A DNA stretch of 31,838 nt from the NCBI GenBank assembly GCA_964619725.1, contig CAZUFC010000098.1, positions 1-31,838 of the forward strand, in the 5' to 3' direction. The position numbers and the translations under genes are program-made. Positions 27,298-31,838 of this stretch are shown here, in pieces. The stretch comes from an uncultured bacterium (GTDB lineage: Bacteria > CSSED10-310 > CAZUFC01). Position 1 is the first letter of the stretch. The number at the start of each line of letters is the position of its first letter. The notes under the pieces are model-generated. The model was not told the origin of the DNA. It ran no database searches and saw nothing but the letters and a program-made list of their open reading frames with translations.

Positions 27298-28688
27298 ATG
27301 AAAGCGCATCATTCATCCCGCCGGCTTTTTCATCTCGAATTGACAGCGTTCATCCTGGTCTGGTTCGCCTGCGTTTTTTTCTCTGACATCGCATTCGATA
27401 CCAATTTCGCTTCCCGGTATTATCTGACGAAGGCCATGATGGAAGATGGGACAGTGGAAATAACGCCTTATATCGAAACGGTCGGCATGGACAAGGCGAA
27501 ATATCGAAACCGTTATTTTTCGGATAAACCTGTCGGGTCCTCACTGATTATCATTCCGCAGTACATCCTGACTGAAGCGATTGCTTATGACGTCATCAGC
27601 CCCCTTTTCGAATTAAGCGCTGCTGGAAAGGATTGCATTCACGGCTTTTTGATCCGCGTTTTTTCCAGTTGCCTCTTTTCGGCATTCGCCGTTATTTTAT
27701 ACGCCCGGCTGCTTTCCCGGTTTCTTGATGAGCGGTTCAGCCTTTTTGCATCTTTAACTTTTTTCCTGACCACCATTGTTTTTCCTCACAGTACGCTCGG
27801 TACGGGCGAACCGTTCTGCCTGGTTTTCATCTTGGCGGCTTTCCATTCTCTGTTTCCCTGGCGTAACCGGGGGGAAAAACCGCATGCTGCCGGTTTGTAT
27901 TTCGCTGCTGCCGCCCTGGTCGTGAATCAGACGTTGATCATTGCCGTCGGCGCTTTCCTTTACCTGTTGATTCGCAGGAAATACCGGAAAATAGTCCCTT
28001 TTGCAGTTCCACTTTCAGTTGCCGTGTTTTTTATCCTGCTTTACAACCGCCTGGTTTTCAACGGATGGACCGCTTTTCCGGCGAAATTTTGGGACCCGGG
28101 GAATGATCTGCTGCTTTTAACGGTGAAATTTGATCTTCCGCACTGGAAGAGGCTTTATGAAATGTTGTTCTCAGAGTTCCGGGGACTCTTTTTCTTTTCA
28201 CCGTTTCTGATCATGGCCGCGTTCGGCATCCCCAAAGTCCTCAAACGGCATAAACCTGAAGGGGCGGCCCTGCTGATTTCTTTCTTCTGTTATTTCGGTT
28301 TTTACCTGTTTAATGCCGGATGGTTCGGCGGGTGGGATTTCGGATGGCGATATATCATTCCCGCTCTGCCGTTCCTGGGGGTATTCGCCTGGTTCGATTA
28401 CAAAAAAAACATCTGTGGAATATTCAGCTCCCCCTGCTCCTGTGGGGCGGCATCATCAACGCGATAGGCGTGTTGGGCGATCCGGCGAAAATCGATACGG
28501 AAAGCATGAGTTCCTGGATTTTCGGCGCCTGGTTGCCTGTCTTGATAGAACAGGGCCCCACGAATTTTATTGTCGAATTGCGCCGTGATGTAATGGCATG
28601 CGAGCCTGATATCGTCCTGGCCTGGATCAGCAGTCTTGCCGTTTTAGCGGTATTGTGGATTTTTACGATCCGGTTGCGAAAATTGTAA
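27298..28688 (+). CDS. Multi-pass membrane protein, GT-C (ArnT/PMT-like) glycosyltransferase candidate; frameshifted at A8 tract 28402-28409
   Basis: SRYYLTKAMMEDGT...YFSDKPVG, GLFFFSPFL, WFGGWDFGWRYIIPALPF. TM helices continue in the frame of ORF 28320-28688; one extra A gives a 463-aa product. Confidence 0.72.
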
Positions 28689-28849
28689 TATCGAAACAAG
28701 GATATTTGTTCAATGCCGCAATTTTTAATATATAATCCCTTGAGGGTATTGCTTAATGCCAGCATCATCGCTGCGGATTCTGCCGGAAAAATCGTCTGAT
28801 GATAATTTTCAATATTCGCTGTTTTTGACTTTGACATGGAGGAGCCCCA

Positions 28850-29509
28850 ATGGCGGCGCTATTCGATAAATACAAAAAATGGGTTGTCCGCCTTAGCATC
28901 CTTTTATCTTTTCTTATAGTAAGTTACGTCATCACTTTCCTCTTCATGGCAGGTTTTTTCATTTCAAACATGACCAGATTCGTTCCGACGGACCGGGTTC
29001 CGCCTGTAGGCGATTACATGCCGTGCCTGTATTTCGGCAGCCACAGTAAAAAAATAACGATAATCCCTTTTATGCTGTATTATTCGCGCAGCATTCCCGA
29101 TTACAGCGTCACCATAAGTTTTCACGATCATTCACGCCTGGTCGGGGATATGAACATGGTTTACATTCATATTGATTCTCTCATTTTCAGGTATTCTGAA
29201 GCGGATGAACTGGTCGTCATTCCCGGAAGCGCTGACGTTCGGTATAATATTGACCGTGAGAAAGAGAGGATTGACATTGATCCGACCGGAGAAACAATAA
29301 CAAGAATTTCCATATACGCCGGGAAAGCCAAAACGCGTTCCCTAATCGGACCTATACAACTACGGTATCTCAATTCATTTACGGTCAATATCAGCGGAAC
29401 TTACGCCCTCACATCGGGCGAAGAAACCGAATTTACCTGGGCAAATGATTATGTGCTCAAAAAGAGTAAATTTACGAGGACCGGATGGGACTTGATGGGG
29501 TCAGCTTAA
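28850..29509 (+). CDS. Hypothetical protein with N-terminal membrane anchor
   Basis: GGAGG RBS; KYKKW followed by a long hydrophobic helix and a beta-rich soluble part. Confidence 0.75.
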   Translation: MAALFDKYKKWVVRLSILLSFLIVSYVITFLFMAGFFISNMTRFVPTDRVPPVGDYMPCLYFGSHSKKITIIPFMLYYSRSIPDYSVTISFHDHSRLVGDMNMVYIHIDSLIFRYSEADELVVIPGSADVRYNIDREKERIDIDPTGETITRISIYAGKAKTRSLIGPIQLRYLNSFTVNISGTYALTSGEETEFTWANDYVLKKSKFTRTGWDLMGSA

Positions 29510-29703
29510 GAGGGCGAATCGAATCTAATATCTGCTTGTCCATCAACTCAACTGTCGATTGAAATTTTACTGCTGGAGAGGCGCTGATTATCTGATGTTC
29601 GAGAGCCGTTTACGCCTGAAACCGGCGACAGGTTTGTCAATCCGATATAATTATGATAATCTTTCCTCAACTCTGAGAGGATAAAAGTAAAGGGGAAGCG
29701 GCG

Positions 29704-30822
29704 ATGAATCTGTATGAATTTGAGGCAAAGGAAATTTTTCAACGGCGGGGCATTCCCGTACCTTCGGGAAAGGTTATTTCTGCTCTTTCCGAACTTGAGA
29801 ACCCGGAAACGGATTTTGCTTTTCCTGTAGCGGTTAAACCTCAGTTGGGCGTAAAAAAGCGGGGAAAAGCCGGGGCGATTCTTTTTGCGGAAGACGGGGA
29901 AGAACTTCGACGGAGTTGTTCCAGGCTGTTTTCCATGCGCATCAAGGGTGAGAAGGCGCGTCGGCTGCTGATTGAGGAGAAGTTAGAGATCAGGCATGAG
30001 TATTACATGGCGGTAACTGTCGACTACCGGGCGGTCTGTCCTGTGCTGCTGATAAGCGATCAGGGCGGCGTGGATGTGGAGGAGGTTGCGGCGAGATCGC
30101 CGGAAAAAATCGATAAATTTCCTGTAGAGATACTGTCGGGACCGTCGGAAGAGACGCTGGATTCGATTGAAAAGAAATACGGAGCCGATTTTAGGGACAT
30201 TGCCGGGAAACTTTACGGAATATTCCGGGACTATGATGCTGAGATGACGGAGATAAACCCGGTCGTCCGTACTTCAGGCGATGAGTTGATTGCAGTGGAC
30301 GGCGTATTGAACGTGAATGAGGATGCATTGAAGCGGCAGCCTGAAGTGCGTGAGATGAGCGAGCGTCATCATCCCGGGCGGGGAGAACTTGAGGAATTCT
30401 GCCGGGAACGCAACTGGACTTTTCATGCGCTGGACGGGAGCATCGGGATACTTTCAAGCGGTGCGGGGTTGACCATGGCGATACTGGACATCATTCATTC
30501 CCTGGGCGGACGGGCGGCCAATTTTCTGGATACGGCGCAAATAGACGGCGAGGGCATGTATGAAGCCTTCCGGCTTTTTTTGGATATGGATGAGGTGAAG
30601 GTGATACTGGTCAATATGTTTGCGGGATTGAACCGTTGCGACAGTCTTGCTGAAGGAACGGTCAGGTTTATGCGGGAGCATTCGATGAAAAAACCTGTAG
30701 TGATTCGCATGGCAGGAAACCGTGAGAAAGAGGGCCGGCGAATACTGGAGGAAGCCGGAACAGTTCCTTTTTCACGAATAGAAGAGGCTGCGGCCGAAGC
30801 GGTAAAATTGAGCGCACAATAA
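29704..30822 (+). CDS. sucC: Succinyl-CoA synthetase beta subunit-like (ATP-grasp), divergent
   Basis: MNLYEFEAKEIF...GIPVP, RGKAG, GGVDVEEVA, EINP, GAGLTMAILD, ANFLD; directly upstream of sucD. Confidence 0.85.
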   Translation: MNLYEFEAKEIFQRRGIPVPSGKVISALSELENPETDFAFPVAVKPQLGVKKRGKAGAILFAEDGEELRRSCSRLFSMRIKGEKARRLLIEEKLEIRHEYYMAVTVDYRAVCPVLLISDQGGVDVEEVAARSPEKIDKFPVEILSGPSEETLDSIEKKYGADFRDIAGKLYGIFRDYDAEMTEINPVVRTSGDELIAVDGVLNVNEDALKRQPEVREMSERHHPGRGELEEFCRERNWTFHALDGSIGILSSGAGLTMAILDIIHSLGGRAANFLDTAQIDGEGMYEAFRLFLDMDEVKVILVNMFAGLNRCDSLAEGTVRFMREHSMKKPVVIRMAGNREKEGRRILEEAGTVPFSRIEEAAAEAVKLSAQ

Positions 30823-30838
30823 GCATCGGGAGCATATT

Positions 30839-31717
30839 ATGAGCATACTGATAGATGAAAACACCCGGGTAATCATAGGCGGAATAACCGGAACAGCGGC
30901 TCGTCATCATACGAAGAACATGATGGAATATGGGACGCACATCACTGCAGGCGTAAGGCCGGGAGCAGGCGGTCAGTCGGTGGAAGGCGTGCCGGTGTAT
31001 GATGATTTTTTCAAAGCGATGAAAGAGCGGGAAGCTGAGGCAGCCGTGCTTTTTATCCCAGCCGGCGTTATGAAGGAGTCGGCGTTTGAGGCATTGCATG
31101 CCGGCGTAAAACTAATCGTGATGGTAAGCGAACACGTGCCCATGCACGATACCATGGAAATAAGGAGCCTGGCCGAACAGAAAGGCGCGCGCATCGTAGG
31201 ACCGAATACTCCGGGCATAATCGCTCCGTCCCAGAAATGCAAGCTCGGTTTCATGCCCGAAAAATACAGCATGAAAGGGAATATAGGCGTCGGTTCACGA
31301 AGCGGCACGCTGACGTATGAGATAACATCGCGATTGACCGCTGCGGGTATAGGGCAATCAACCTGCGTCGGCGTCGGCGGCGATGCGATAGTGGGCACAA
31401 CCTTTGCCGAACTTCTTCGCCTGTTTGAGAAGGATGAAGAAACCGATGCCGTGGTCCTTATCGGAGAAATAGGCGGCATTATGGAAGAAGAAGCGGCAGC
31501 CCTGATAATTGCAGGCGAAATCACTAAACCGGTTGCAGCCTACATAGCCGGCAGAACCGCTCCGGAAGGCAAGCGGCTGGGACACGCCGGAGCCATTATA
31601 GCCGAAGGACGCGGAACGCTGAAAAGCAAACTGGAAGCATACGAAAAAGCCGGCGTATCCGTAGCGGCGCTGCCCGACGATGTGGTCGAGGTCGTACGAC
31701 GTTTGAAGAGGAAATGA
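30839..31717 (+). CDS. sucD: Succinyl-CoA synthetase alpha subunit
   Basis: [40 protein letters not shown], and the phospho-His motif [11 protein letters not shown]. Confidence 0.93.
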   Translation: MSILIDENTRVIIGGITGTAARHHTKNMMEYGTHITAGVRPGAGGQSVEGVPVYDDFFKAMKEREAEAAVLFIPAGVMKESAFEALHAGVKLIVMVSEHVPMHDTMEIRSLAEQKGARIVGPNTPGIIAPSQKCKLGFMPEKYSMKGNIGVGSRSGTLTYEITSRLTAAGIGQSTCVGVGGDAIVGTTFAELLRLFEKDEETDAVVLIGEIGGIMEEEAAALIIAGEITKPVAAYIAGRTAPEGKRLGHAGAIIAEGRGTLKSKLEAYEKAGVSVAALPDDVVEVVRRLKRK

Positions 31718-31752
31718 ATGGTTAATGGGCAACGTATACCGGTCTGCAGTCG

Positions 31753-31787
31753 TTGGCAATTGACGATTGACGATTGACAATTGTGAA
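31753..31787 (+). repeat. Heptamer tandem repeat
   Basis: TTGGCAA TTGACGA TTGACGA TTGACAA TTGTGAA; related AATGGNN units at 31717-31730 and 31822-31838. Confidence 0.7.
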
Positions 31788-31838
31788 CACCCAAACGCTT
31801 CCGAGAAGACAAACCGCATATAATGGCCAATGGTCAAT

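Noticed and set aside
30191-31837. Minus-strand ORFs over sucCD, and similar shadow ORFs in other large genes
   Set aside because: They are antisense or alternate-frame shadows of well-supported genes.

Overview
Bacterial accessory region, probably from a diderm organism. It is dominated by large exported or surface proteins: a DUF5916-type outer-membrane protein; an operon of a signal-peptide-bearing transglutaminase-like/Rhs protein (1976 aa) and a partner with a short YD module, a beta-helix and an unnamed C-terminal domain; a probably 3'-truncated DUF4397 repeat protein; and a ~2570-aa FG-GAP/PKD/prenyltransferase-like protein ending in an IPTL-CTERM-like anchor. These are followed by a RHH-antitoxin/MazF-type toxin pair, a B12-binding radical SAM enzyme with an extra C-terminal domain, a GT-C-like membrane protein split at an A8 tract, and a divergent sucCD pair. 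The intergenic DNA holds six full or partial copies of a ~150-185 bp MITE-like element with IS1595-like ends, one perfect 8-bp target duplication and a variable internal hexamer array, plus REP-like palindromes. No rRNA, tRNA, CRISPR array or transposase was seen. All family assignments come from motif recognition by eye, not from database searches.
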